Of a DNA stretch of 64,000 bases, positions 48,665 through 57,664 are shown piece after piece; position 1 is the first letter of the stretch, and each line of letters begins with the position of its first letter. The stretch comes from Candidatus Saccharimonadia bacterium (GTDB lineage Bacteria > Patescibacteriota > Saccharimonadia > UBA4664). The notes beneath the pieces were generated by a model that was given only the letters and a program-made list of their open reading frames with translations, searched no databases and was not told the origin of the DNA. Position numbers and translations under genes: made by a program. Where the stretch lies: contig DATIIV010000012.1 of NCBI GenBank assembly GCA_035479295.1, forward strand, positions 1,010-65,009. The letters are read 5' to 3'.

Positions 48665-50899
48665 GTGAGACTTCGTCTGATAAGTTTTGTGCTGACAGTA
48701 GTTGCCATGGCGGGATTGTGTATACAGCCGCTAGCAATACCGGCGTCGGCCGATCCGATAGTTACCGTGGTCGCTGGCACGGGCACAGATGGCCCATTGG
48801 TTGATGGCCAGCCTGCAGCTCAGTCGCAGCTTTGGGGCGACAGTGACGTTGCCGTAACCTCCAGCGGCACCACGCTCGTGGTCGATACCTACCATCACGA
48901 AGTACGCCAGATCACGGCAAGCGGTGTGTTCCAGGCTTTTTTGGGCAACGGCACTGCTGGCTGTGACCCAGACGGTCACTTGCTGTCACAACCTAGGGGC
49001 ATTGTGTCTGATGGGCACGGTGGAGCTTATGTGGCAAATACGTTGTGTGGCCAGATTGTTCATCGTGATGCCTCGGGCGTAATCAGCGTGATGGCCGGCC
49101 ATTACAATCCTAATGGCAACTACACCCAGGCCATCACGCCGGGCATGTCGGCCACACAGGCGTTCTTGACCCAGCCGGCCGGCCTAGCTTACGACGCCGC
49201 TACCGATACGCTCTACATTGCCGACCAGTATTCAAGCCGAGTACTCAAGGTGACGAATGGGCAGATCTGGGTGGTGGCCGGTACGGGCAGTAACGGCTAT
49301 AACGGTGATGAGCTGCCAGCTACGAGCGCGCAGCTTAACTACCCGGTCTCAGTCGCGTTTCATGGTGGCCAGCTCTACATCGGCGACTCAAGCAACGCCC
49401 GGATTCGTCGAGTCGATGCGGCTGGAACAATCCACACCCTCATGGGTACCGGCAACACTGCCGATACGGGCGACGGCGGTCCGGCTGCTTCGGCAAGCCT
49501 AAGTGGTGTGGGTGGTCTGGCCTTTGCTGCCGATGGCACGCTGTATGCCATGGCGCATTCAAGCGGCCAGATCTGGTCGGTCACGCCCGACGGTGTTGCC
49601 CACACTGTGGTCAATGTCCATGCCTGCGCCGACGGACTCGCGCTTGATACTGCCGGTAATCTGATCGTCGCCAGCGCCTGTGCTGAGTATGTGCTTCGGG
49701 TGACGGTGGCTGTCGCGCTCGTCCCTACGGTGCAAAAGATTGAGCCGGCCGGGGCATCGGTGACGGATCCGTTGTTGACCCGCGGTGTCTACTTGCTACC
49801 TCTTGCCAATGGAGCCCAGATTGACCATTACGAGTATGCCTGGACAAACAAGTCTGCAGCAGTAGCTCCTTCAACCCCTCTGCAGAGGTCGACTGGACTT
49901 ATAGGGCGGCTTGATTATCGAGACACTACTCCTGATAGCGATTGGTATCTGCTTGCACGTGCCGTCGCGCCAAACGGTGAAACAGGGCCCTGGTCGCCGT
50001 CAACGAAGGTCCATACGCCACCCAAACCCAAGTTGCTCTTTGGGTTTGACTCGGTGACGTCCGGCCATCATAACGATTATGGTGATAAGGGCAAGACCAC
50101 TTGTGACGACCCAAACTATGGCTATGCGCCTGCTTTCGCTCAGCAGTGGCTGGCAGCACTTCCATCTCAGTGGCGCGAGCAAGACCAAGTTCTTAACCTT
50201 GCCCACAGTGGTTTTGCGCTAGAGAAGCGGCCCGGTGCCAAGTATATCCAGGGTACCGTGTTGGATGGAGGCAAAAATGCCTGTGGCCAGAAGATCTCAG
50301 TCGCTCCTCTAGCTGCAGCCCAGAAAGCGCTAGCAACATCTGCCGGCTCATGGAGCAGGCTGGTTGCTACAGGAGGGATCAACGGAACTAACTGGCCGTC
50401 GGTAGTCACAAAGGTAGTTCAGCAGAACCTGCTCATGGAACAAGTAAAGGGGCGAATCCTAGCACCTAACGAGTGCGGGTCTATCGTGGGCTCGGCCTGG
50501 GACGGGGCAGCTCCCGGCTCTCTAGCAACTGTGACCGATGGCGTCCATGCTATCGTCCAGGGGTTGCGCGGCTCCGATCCGACGCTACAAATTAGTTGGA
50601 TGCTTTACTATAACAGCGCAGGAACTGGCACGAATAGGGTTCGGACTCAGCCGTATGTACCCATTACCTGTGAGCATGCATTTGATGTGGCTTTGGGAAA
50701 GGTGCAACGGGCAATTAGTGCTGGGCTGCCTGCAGATGTCCAGGCCGTACCGACTGACCCCGTGATGAGAGAGGATAATAGCAGAGTCCAACCACTATTT
50801 GCGCTACAGCAGCTGCGAGATGGAGCCGCTAATCCCGCAGGATGGCCGCATCCAAACCAAGCTGGAGGGGAGGCAATTGCGGGGCTCCTGACCCCGTAG
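48665..50899 (+). CDS. Secreted NHL-repeat beta-propeller, FnIII-like and SGNH-like hydrolase multidomain protein
   Basis: Signal peptide; VAGTG..G..GD..PA..A.L..P repeats; AVAPNG.TGPWS; FDSVTSG, NLAHSG, GGIN, WPHPN..G. Confidence 0.7.
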   Translation: MRLRLISFVLTVVAMAGLCIQPLAIPASADPIVTVVAGTGTDGPLVDGQPAAQSQLWGDSDVAVTSSGTTLVVDTYHHEVRQITASGVFQAFLGNGTAGCDPDGHLLSQPRGIVSDGHGGAYVANTLCGQIVHRDASGVISVMAGHYNPNGNYTQAITPGMSATQAFLTQPAGLAYDAATDTLYIADQYSSRVLKVTNGQIWVVAGTGSNGYNGDELPATSAQLNYPVSVAFHGGQLYIGDSSNARIRRVDAAGTIHTLMGTGNTADTGDGGPAASASLSGVGGLAFAADGTLYAMAHSSGQIWSVTPDGVAHTVVNVHACADGLALDTAGNLIVASACAEYVLRVTVAVALVPTVQKIEPAGASVTDPLLTRGVYLLPLANGAQIDHYEYAWTNKSAAVAPSTPLQRSTGLIGRLDYRDTTPDSDWYLLARAVAPNGETGPWSPSTKVHTPPKPKLLFGFDSVTSGHHNDYGDKGKTTCDDPNYGYAPAFAQQWLAALPSQWREQDQVLNLAHSGFALEKRPGAKYIQGTVLDGGKNACGQKISVAPLAAAQKALATSAGSWSRLVATGGINGTNWPSVVTKVVQQNLLMEQVKGRILAPNECGSIVGSAWDGAAPGSLATVTDGVHAIVQGLRGSDPTLQISWMLYYNSAGTGTNRVRTQPYVPITCEHAFDVALGKVQRAISAGLPADVQAVPTDPVMREDNSRVQPLFALQQLRDGAANPAGWPHPNQAGGEAIAGLLTP

Positions 50900-50920
50900 C
50901 AAATCAAACCTGCTGGTATG

Positions 50921-50948
50921 GCCGAGGAAGGGATATCCCTTCCTCGGC
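50921..50948. terminator. Perfect 28-bp palindrome between convergent genes
   Basis: GCCGAGGAAGGGAT|ATCCCTTCCTCGGC. Confidence 0.65.
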
Positions 50949-50962
50949 TCTCTTAGCAAAGA

Positions 50963-51202
50963 CTAGGTAAGATGTAGGCCAGATGGAGAGAATATCAGCA
51001 AAATAGTAGCAACAGCTTCAATCAAAAAAGGCAATGCAGCAAGAGAGAAGCATAAGTAAACCATGAGAGTAAGCCGACGTCTTTGTCTGGTCCCCTTGGT
51101 TTTTCTTAAGTAGGTGAACAGAAAGCCGAGCAAAGCGAAAGAAGCCACCCATAGTAGCAAAGCTGTAGCACTGTATTCAAAGTTGCTCAAGAAATTTAGC
51201 AT
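50963..51202 (-). CDS. Small two-TM membrane protein (AT-rich)
   Basis: Hydrophobic-basic-hydrophobic pattern; TAGAAT 6 nt before ATG. Confidence 0.55.
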   Translation of the reverse strand: MLNFLSNFEYSATALLLWVASFALLGFLFTYLRKTKGTRQRRRLTLMVYLCFSLAALPFLIEAVATILLIFSPSGLHLT

Positions 51203-51380
51203 AGATCAATTCTACATGACCATCGCACCTACGAGAACACCAGAAGGGAGTTTGGTGTCGCCCGGGCGACATGTATTCGACCTAATAGTTTAGTTCTAAA
51301 GGGTAATTAGTAAGATCTGCCAATGGCCACAACATCAGAGCCCATTACTATACAAATTCACCTAATTACAGGAGACAGAC

Positions 51381-51620
51381 ATGGCAGACCTAAGCGACGT
51401 TCGCAATCAACGCGCCGACAAAGAGGCGCAGGTAACTCAGCTGCAAAGCGAGATCTCGGACTTGGAAGCGCAAGAAGAGACCATTCAGCGCGAGGCCTCG
51501 GCGGCGGCGCACGAGCTGGAGCTAGAGGCTAATAAGCTGGCCGCCACCGGCGAAGACACCGAGGCCATGGAAAAATCGCGCCAGGCCGACCAGCTGCGCC
51601 GCGACAACGAGACCTGGTAG
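51381..51620 (+). CDS. Small coiled-coil protein
   Basis: SD AGGAG; heptad-like E/Q/A/L pattern. Confidence 0.65.
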   Translation: MADLSDVRNQRADKEAQVTQLQSEISDLEAQEETIQREASAAAHELELEANKLAATGEDTEAMEKSRQADQLRRDNETW

Positions 51621-51650
51621 GCGGCAACTGCCGATCAGTCCGCGGCCACG

Positions 51651-52241
51651 TTAGTAGTCGATCGTCTCCTTAGCCAGAATCTTCTGGTCGTAAGGGTGCT
51701 TAATCTTGCGCATCTCGGTGATGAGGTCGGCGCGGTCGAGCAGCTCGGGTAACTCGTGGCCGCGATGGCCGGTGAGCACCAGGTCGATGTGGGCCGGCCG
51801 CGTGTCCACGAGCTCCAGTACCGGTGCCAGCTCCAGCAGCCCGCCCGTCACCGAGCCAATAACCTCATCGAGCACCACTACGTCGTACTGCCCGCTGGCG
51901 ATCTTGGTGCGGGCGAGCTCCAGGGCGGTGGCGGCGGCTCGCACGTGCTCGTCCTCGGGCAATTTATCGCCCAAGATTTTATAAAATCCTTTGCCGGCCT
52001 GCACAAACTCCACGCCAGGCACATGGGCAAAGCCACCCTTCTCACCGGTAAACCAGGTCTTTACAAATTGGATCACCAGAATGCGCTTGCCGTAGCCGGC
52101 CGCTCGCAGGGCCAGGCCCATGGCGGCTGTGGTTTTGCCTTTACCGTCGCCCGTATACACAATAGTGAGACCACGGTCGGCCTCCTTGTAGTCGGCTAGC
52201 GATGGATCGACGCGGCGGGCCGGACGCTTGTCTTCGCTCAT
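51651..52241 (-). CDS. cobO: Cob(I)alamin/cob(I)yrinic acid diamide adenosyltransferase (CobO/BtuR/CobA)
   Basis: VYTGDGKGKTTAAMGLALRA.G, QF.K, YD.VVLDE, LVLTG, ADL.TEM..IKHPY. Confidence 0.9.
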   Translation of the reverse strand: MSEDKRPARRVDPSLADYKEADRGLTIVYTGDGKGKTTAAMGLALRAAGYGKRILVIQFVKTWFTGEKGGFAHVPGVEFVQAGKGFYKILGDKLPEDEHVRAAATALELARTKIASGQYDVVVLDEVIGSVTGGLLELAPVLELVDTRPAHIDLVLTGHRGHELPELLDRADLITEMRKIKHPYDQKILAKETIDY

Positions 52242-52335
52242 AATCTTGGCCTCGTTATGTCCTTAGTATATACTGGCGGCGGCGCACCTGACGTGCGCTA
52301 CCCTGAGCTTCAGGCATCGACGAAGGGCACAGAGC

Positions 52336-52998
52336 GTGTCGAACCCGCTACCGAGGGATCCAGGTGGAGACCATCCTGATCGCCTTAAGGACAGCTTCTT
52401 TGACTTCGGTCCCGACGAGGTTGATTGGCGTAGTCGTGACCCCCGTCCAGCAATGCCCGTCCGGAAAGGAGTGCTGTATGGCATCACTCATGATCTAACG
52501 ATTACTCGGCGCCTGGTGCATGTCTTGGAGACAGCGGGCTACCGCGAGGCGGTACCCATTACTCAAGACCCCGAAACAGAGAGCTACTGGCTGACCTATA
52601 CTCACTCTCATCGGCCGCCGCTGCAGTCGGTCTACGAGGTTGTCATCATCTACGACGCCCCTGATGCTGAGTCTGAGCTACCGCTGACGCTGTTTGGTGG
52701 CGGGGGAGGGCTGCTCATCCGGTTCGGATTTTCGCATGCCGACATAGGAACGATCACCTTTCACCCCAGCCAATACCTCCAGAGTTGGCTGCTGGAAGGC
52801 TTGCAATCCGAAGCGGTTCAAGAGCGGGTTGGTTTTCTTCGCGAGGTCATCGAAAACTACCTTGGACGGTTTGGTTGCGAATTGGCGCGCTACCTGTCGT
52901 GCTGGCCGGATCCCGACAAAGGTCAGAAGCTGGCGATGCTCATTCAGTTCCATCTGGATGCAATGAGGAAGGCCGCCAGTGAGATTGTAGACGAGTAG
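52336..52998 (+). CDS. Orphan hypothetical protein on the opposite strand between cobO and nrdJ
   Basis: 220-aa ORF with SD-like GAAGGG; hairpin 53027-53062. Confidence 0.55.
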   Translation: MSNPLPRDPGGDHPDRLKDSFFDFGPDEVDWRSRDPRPAMPVRKGVLYGITHDLTITRRLVHVLETAGYREAVPITQDPETESYWLTYTHSHRPPLQSVYEVVIIYDAPDAESELPLTLFGGGGGLLIRFGFSHADIGTITFHPSQYLQSWLLEGLQSEAVQERVGFLREVIENYLGRFGCELARYLSCWPDPDKGQKLAMLIQFHLDAMRKAASEIVDE

Positions 52999-53026
52999 GG
53001 GTTTGTATCCGACAAGATCCTTTGCA

Positions 53027-53062
53027 GTTCAGGGTGGGCGGCTGAAGCCGCCCACCCTGAAC
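53027..53062. terminator. GC-rich 17-bp-arm hairpin between convergent genes
   Basis: GTTCAGGGTGGGCGGCT-ga-AGCCGCCCACCCTGAAC. Confidence 0.75.
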
Positions 53063-53084
53063 GCGAACCTTTGGTTTTATTTTG

Positions 53085-55739
53085 CTAGCATTTGCTAAAG
53101 CCGCAGCTCTCGCACTTCTGGCAGCCCTCGATGTTGCGCAGGGCGGCAACGCCACATTCGGGGCAAATGTCGACCCGGGCGCTGCTGGATTGCTGGTGGG
53201 CGCTCTGGGTGCCAACTAGGGCTGCAGCGGCGTTGCTGGGCGCAGCCACGGCTGGCTGTGGGGTGGTGCCGCCGACGCCGGCTCCCAGAGCTGGGCTCTC
53301 AGTCTCGGCGCCGCCCGCCTTGGCCGCCTCGTGCTCGCGCAGCACCTTGGCGATGGCGTCGGCCAGCGAGCGCACCCGGTGCGGGCCAAAACCGGCCGTG
53401 CCCGAGCCGCCGATGCCGGATAGGTGCTCCACTACGTTGCGGGCGATGCGGTCCGACGGGTAGGGGCTGGGAATGCGGAAGGCCAGCGAGATCAGCCGCC
53501 CAATGGCCTCGGCATCGGCCGTGATGTCCGAGCCGGCCCGGCCCAGGTTGACGAACACCTCGAAGATGTTGCCGGCCTCGTCCTCGTTGATGGAGATGAA
53601 AGCCGAACCAATCGGCGTGGCGACCTTGTAGGTGCGGCCGGCCAAGACCTCCGGTCGCGGCTTCATCTCGATCAGCTCGGGATCGGTCTGGCTGCCCACT
53701 GCTGCCAGCTTCTTGCCGGCCAACTGGTCGTAGTAGCTGCCCTCCTTCTTGGTCTCCAGGATCTGCTTCTCGCGGCTACCATCGCGGTAGATGGTGATGC
53801 CCTTGCAGCCGGTGGTGTACGACATCCAGTAGGCGTCGCGCACATCTTGGATGGTGGCTTCGTGGTTGAAGTTAATGGTCTTGGAGATGGCGTTGTCGGT
53901 GTACTTCTGGAAGGCTGCCTGGATCTTGAGGTGCCATTCGGGCGTAATGTCGCCGGCTACCACGAAGGTGCGCTGCATCTCATCCGGAATCTCCTCGAGG
54001 CCCTGGACGCTGCCACCGTTAGCTTGAATCTTCTCCAGCAGCTCCTCGCTGTACAGACCACGGTCTTTGAGCACCTTCATAAAGTAGGGGCTGGTCTGGA
54101 AGAGGCGCTTGCCCTCGATGGTGTTCTTGGCGTAGGTGAGGGCAAAGAGCGGCTCACAGCCCGACGAACAATCGGCCAGCATAGCGATGGTGCCGGTGGG
54201 GGCAATGGTGGTGCGGGCGCCGTTGCGCGGGCGGATCTCGCCGGGCTTGTCGTAGATGCTACCCTCAAAGGCGGGGAAGACGCCACGGCTGCGGGCCAGC
54301 TCCACCGAGGCGCGGTCGCACTCGGCCTGCACAAACTTCATGACCTGCTCGGCCCAGGCAATGCCTTCGTCGGTGTTGTAGCCGATGCCCAGATCCAGCA
54401 ACATGTCGGCAAAGCCCATAATGCCGAGGCCGATGCGGCGCACCGCTCGCGTCACCCGGCGCACGGCGTCGATCGGATACTCGTTCATATCGAGCACGTC
54501 GTCCAGGAAGCGAGTGGCGGTGTGGACGGCGACGCGCAGGCGGTCCCAGTCGAGGTCGTTGCCGTCGACGAACTTGGCCAGGTTGATGCTGCCCAAGGTG
54601 CACGCATCGTAGGGGAGCAACGGCTGCTCGCCGCACGGGTTGGTGGCCTCAATCTGGCCGAGCTGCGGCGTTGGGTTGGCCCGGCTGTTGTTGATCCGGT
54701 CGATCATAATCATACCCGGGTCGCCATACTGCCAGGCTAGCCGCGTAATCAGGTCGTAGACCTTCTTGGCGTTAAGCCGGCCCATCTCGGCCTTGGTGCG
54801 CGGGTTAATCAGAGCGTAGCCGCGGTCGGGATTGGGCTCGTCGCACCAGGCGCGTAGTTTGGCCACGGCCGCATCCAGGCGCACCAGCTTGAGGTCGAGG
54901 TCGCGGGTGGCGTGGGCCTCACGCACCTCGGCTACCAGGCCGTCAAAGTCAAACTCATCCTCGTAGTCCTTGGGCAGATACTTGGCATCGTGCTCGACGG
55001 CCTTAAAGAAAGGCTCCTCCACCGTGACCGAGATGTTAAAGTTCGTCAGCGAGAACTCATCAACTTTGTAAACGGCAAAGAGCAGAATATCGGGATGGTT
55101 GTAGTGCAGAATGCCCATGTTGGCGCCGCGCCGCACGCCGCCCTGACGGACGCTCGAGGTAATGTCGTTGTAGGTCTGCATAAAGGCGACCGGGCCGGTG
55201 GTGGTGCCGCCGGAGCTGGCAATAACGTCGCCCTTGGGCCGCAGCCGCGAGAAGCTAAAGCCGGTGCCACCGCCGCTCTTGTGGATCTTGGCCATGTCGA
55301 TGGCTGTGTTTAGAATGCCATCCAGGCTGTCTGGCACCGGCAGTACAAAGCAGGCCGACAGCTGCTGGTTGGGCTTGCCGGCGTTGAGCATGGTGGGTGT
55401 ATTGGCGATGTACTCCTGGCGCGCCATCAAGCTATAAAAGCTACGAGCCGCCTCCACGTGATCGCTTTCGGGTCGGTCGCTGTAGAGGCGCTCGGCCGTA
55501 GCGATGTTGTAGGCAATACGCCAGAGCATCTCGCGCGGCCCTTCCACCGGAGTGCCGCCGGCATCGCGGCGCGCGTAGCGGGTGCGACCAATGTACCAAG
55601 CGTTATCGCTAAAGTTGGGCTCGGGCAGATCCTCGGGCACGGCCGGAATAATCTTGCCTAAGCGGTAGAGCTCCTCAAGCCGAGCACGGTCCTCGGCGGT
55701 CTCAGTTTGTGGTAGTTTGTCTAAGATGGATTCGCCCAT
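53085..55739 (-). CDS. nrdJ: Class II (adenosylcobalamin-dependent) ribonucleotide reductase with TSCPD domain
   Basis: NTPTMLNAG, LSACFV, RRGANMG, TNPCGEQPL, CTLGSINL, TIAPTGT, KGITIYRDGSR; C-terminal CPEC...EGC.KC.SCG.SKC; no NrdB nearby. Confidence 0.93.
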   Translation of the reverse strand: MGESILDKLPQTETAEDRARLEELYRLGKIIPAVPEDLPEPNFSDNAWYIGRTRYARRDAGGTPVEGPREMLWRIAYNIATAERLYSDRPESDHVEAARSFYSLMARQEYIANTPTMLNAGKPNQQLSACFVLPVPDSLDGILNTAIDMAKIHKSGGGTGFSFSRLRPKGDVIASSGGTTTGPVAFMQTYNDITSSVRQGGVRRGANMGILHYNHPDILLFAVYKVDEFSLTNFNISVTVEEPFFKAVEHDAKYLPKDYEDEFDFDGLVAEVREAHATRDLDLKLVRLDAAVAKLRAWCDEPNPDRGYALINPRTKAEMGRLNAKKVYDLITRLAWQYGDPGMIMIDRINNSRANPTPQLGQIEATNPCGEQPLLPYDACTLGSINLAKFVDGNDLDWDRLRVAVHTATRFLDDVLDMNEYPIDAVRRVTRAVRRIGLGIMGFADMLLDLGIGYNTDEGIAWAEQVMKFVQAECDRASVELARSRGVFPAFEGSIYDKPGEIRPRNGARTTIAPTGTIAMLADCSSGCEPLFALTYAKNTIEGKRLFQTSPYFMKVLKDRGLYSEELLEKIQANGGSVQGLEEIPDEMQRTFVVAGDITPEWHLKIQAAFQKYTDNAISKTINFNHEATIQDVRDAYWMSYTTGCKGITIYRDGSREKQILETKKEGSYYDQLAGKKLAAVGSQTDPELIEMKPRPEVLAGRTYKVATPIGSAFISINEDEAGNIFEVFVNLGRAGSDITADAEAIGRLISLAFRIPSPYPSDRIARNVVEHLSGIGGSGTAGFGPHRVRSLADAIAKVLREHEAAKAGGAETESPALGAGVGGTTPQPAVAAPSNAAAALVGTQSAHQQSSSARVDICPECGVAALRNIEGCQKCESCGFSKC

Positions 55740-55765
55740 CGTCCCTCCTTACAAATGGGTTAGTG

Positions 55766-56230
55766 TTAGTGTTTTGGCCGATGGCTAGCCAATAATTGAC
55801 TGACCTCGTCCTGGAACGATGAGGCGTCGGCAAAGTCGCGGTAGACGCTGGCAAAGCGAATGTAGGCGACTTGGTCGAGAGCCTCAAGTTTGGCCATTAC
55901 CAGCGTGCCGATCTGCTGGCTGTCGATCTCGCGGCCCTTAATGGCCCGCAGCTCGGCTTCGACCTCGTCGATGAGGCGGTCGATCTGCTCGCTGCTAATG
56001 GGGCGTTTCTTAATGGCCAGCTCAATGCCGGCGCGAAGCTTCTCGGAATTAAATGGTTCTCGTCTGCCGTCGTGCTTAGCCACCACGAGCTCGATCGTCT
56101 CGAGGCGCTCGTAGGTGGTGAAGCGCTGGTGGCAGTCCAGGCATTCACGGCGGCGACGGGTGGAGACCGCGTCGCTCTCGCGCTTATCGACGACCTTGGT
56201 ATCGGGGTGTTCGCAGTAGGGACAGACCAC
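55766..56230 (-). CDS. nrdR: Transcriptional repressor NrdR
   Basis: CPYC, RRRREC..C..RFTTYE, ATP-cone, VAYIRFASVY. Confidence 0.95.
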   Translation of the reverse strand: MVCPYCEHPDTKVVDKRESDAVSTRRRRECLDCHQRFTTYERLETIELVVAKHDGRREPFNSEKLRAGIELAIKKRPISSEQIDRLIDEVEAELRAIKGREIDSQQIGTLVMAKLEALDQVAYIRFASVYRDFADASSFQDEVSQLLASHRPKH

Positions 56231-56240
56231 TTTGGACTCC

Positions 56241-56319
56241 TTTCAAGATCTTGTGTTTTAATATTGTAGGACCACAACTGGTTGTGTTACGTTAGCATTA
56301 TGGACGCTACATATTGTGT
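56241..56319. promoter_or_regulatory. Three tandem NrdR boxes over the nrdR-nrdJ promoter
   Basis: TTTCAAGATCTTGTGT (56241), CCACAACTGGTTGTGT (56272), ACGCTACATATTGTGT (56304); 31/32-bp spacing; minus-strand TTGACG..CATAAT promoter. Confidence 0.8.
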
Positions 56320-56378
56320 ACGTCAACACTTTTGTTACACTAGATAAAACCGCATAAAAATCGCTTGAGGAGGAGAAA

Positions 56379-56708
56379 ATGGTTCAGGCTGTCACTAAAG
56401 AAACGTACGCGCAGACGGTAGAAAAATCCGCCAAACCGGTACTGCTTGACGTGTGGGCGCCATGGTGCCAGCCGTGCCGAGCCATTGAGCCGATGATCGA
56501 GGAGCTCAAGGTGGCCTTTGACGACCAGTTAGTGGTGGTGAAGCTCAATGCCGACGACGAGCCCGAGCTCGCGGCTCAGTTGGGTGTAATGGGCTTGCCG
56601 ACGGTGCGCGTGCTGCAGGGCGGCCAGGCGCGCTTCGAGTCGGTCGGCTCGGTCGACAAGGCTAAGCTGGCCGACGCCGTGGGCGCCGCTATCCGCGGGG
56701 CCCGGTAA
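56379..56708 (+). CDS. trxA: Thioredoxin
   Basis: WAPWCQPC; SD GAGGAGG. Confidence 0.9.
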   Translation: MVQAVTKETYAQTVEKSAKPVLLDVWAPWCQPCRAIEPMIEELKVAFDDQLVVVKLNADDEPELAAQLGVMGLPTVRVLQGGQARFESVGSVDKAKLADAVGAAIRGAR

Positions 56709-57664
56709 TGGCCGCTGCCGCGCCGCGCGAGGTCATCATTGTGGGGGCTGGGCCGTCAGGCCTGACGGCCGCCATTTACGCGGCCCGAGCCGGCCTCAAG
56801 CCGCTGCTGTTTGAGGGCGAGCCCATCGCCAACAACGACCTGCCCGGCGGCCAGCTCATGAACACCACCGAGGTCGAGAATTTTCCTGGGTTTCCTAATG
56901 GGCTAATGGGGCCAGATCTCATTAAAGGCATGCGCGACCAGGCGGTGCGGTTTGGCACCGAGATCATCGCTCGCCGCATCACCAAAGTCGATTTGATGGC
57001 CTCGCCGCGGCGCGTGTGGGCGGGAGACCAAGCGTATACGGCGCGGTCAATCATCATCTCCACCGGCGCCAAGGCTCGCATGCTCGATCTGCCCGGCATT
57101 TGGGATCGGGTGGGTCACGGCGTCTCCACCTGCGCCACGTGCGACGGCTTCTTCTTTCGCGATCACGACATTGTGGTAGTGGGTGGTGGCGATGCGGCCA
57201 TCGAGGAAGCGACCTTTTTGAGCCGTTTCGCTCGGAGTGTCACCGTGGTGCACCGCCGCGACAGCCTACGCGCCAGCAAAGTTATGGAGCAGCGGGCGCA
57301 GGCCGATCCCAAGATTAAATGGCGCTGGAATGCCGAGGTGACCGGGCTGCAGGGCGAGGACAAGCTTACCGGCCTGCAGCTGCGCGACACCCAGACCGGC
57401 GCCACCGACGAGCTGGCAGCTACCGGCCTCTTTATCGCCATTGGCCATCTGCCCAATTCGGACCTTTTTAAGGACCAGCTTGCGCTCGATGCGGCCGGCT
57501 ATATTGTCGCCGATGACACCCGCACCAACGTGCCCGGCGTCTTTGCCTGCGGCGACGTGCAGGATCCGCATTATCGCCAGGCTATCACCTCGGCTGGCTC
57601 GGGCTGCATGGCGGCGCTTAATGCGCAGAATTGGTTGGCCGACCAGGCCGCGGCCGCCGTATGA
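56708..57664 (+). CDS. trxB: Thioredoxin-disulfide reductase
   Basis: GAGPSG, GGQL..T..VENFPG, CATCDG, GGGD.A.EEA, RQAITSAG.G. Confidence 0.95.
   Translation: MAAAAPREVIIVGAGPSGLTAAIYAARAGLKPLLFEGEPIANNDLPGGQLMNTTEVENFPGFPNGLMGPDLIKGMRDQAVRFGTEIIARRITKVDLMASPRRVWAGDQAYTARSIIISTGAKARMLDLPGIWDRVGHGVSTCATCDGFFFRDHDIVVVGGGDAAIEEATFLSRFARSVTVVHRRDSLRASKVMEQRAQADPKIKWRWNAEVTGLQGEDKLTGLQLRDTQTGATDELAATGLFIAIGHLPNSDLFKDQLALDAAGYIVADDTRTNVPGVFACGDVQDPHYRQAITSAGSGCMAALNAQNWLADQAAAAV

Noticed and set aside
52242-52335. Cobalamin riboswitch near cobO/nrdJ
   Set aside because: No B12-box (GGGAA...GCCACTG) here or upstream of nrdR.
54822-54985. Intein in NrdJ
   Set aside because: Too short; no N-terminal C/S block or terminal HN motif.
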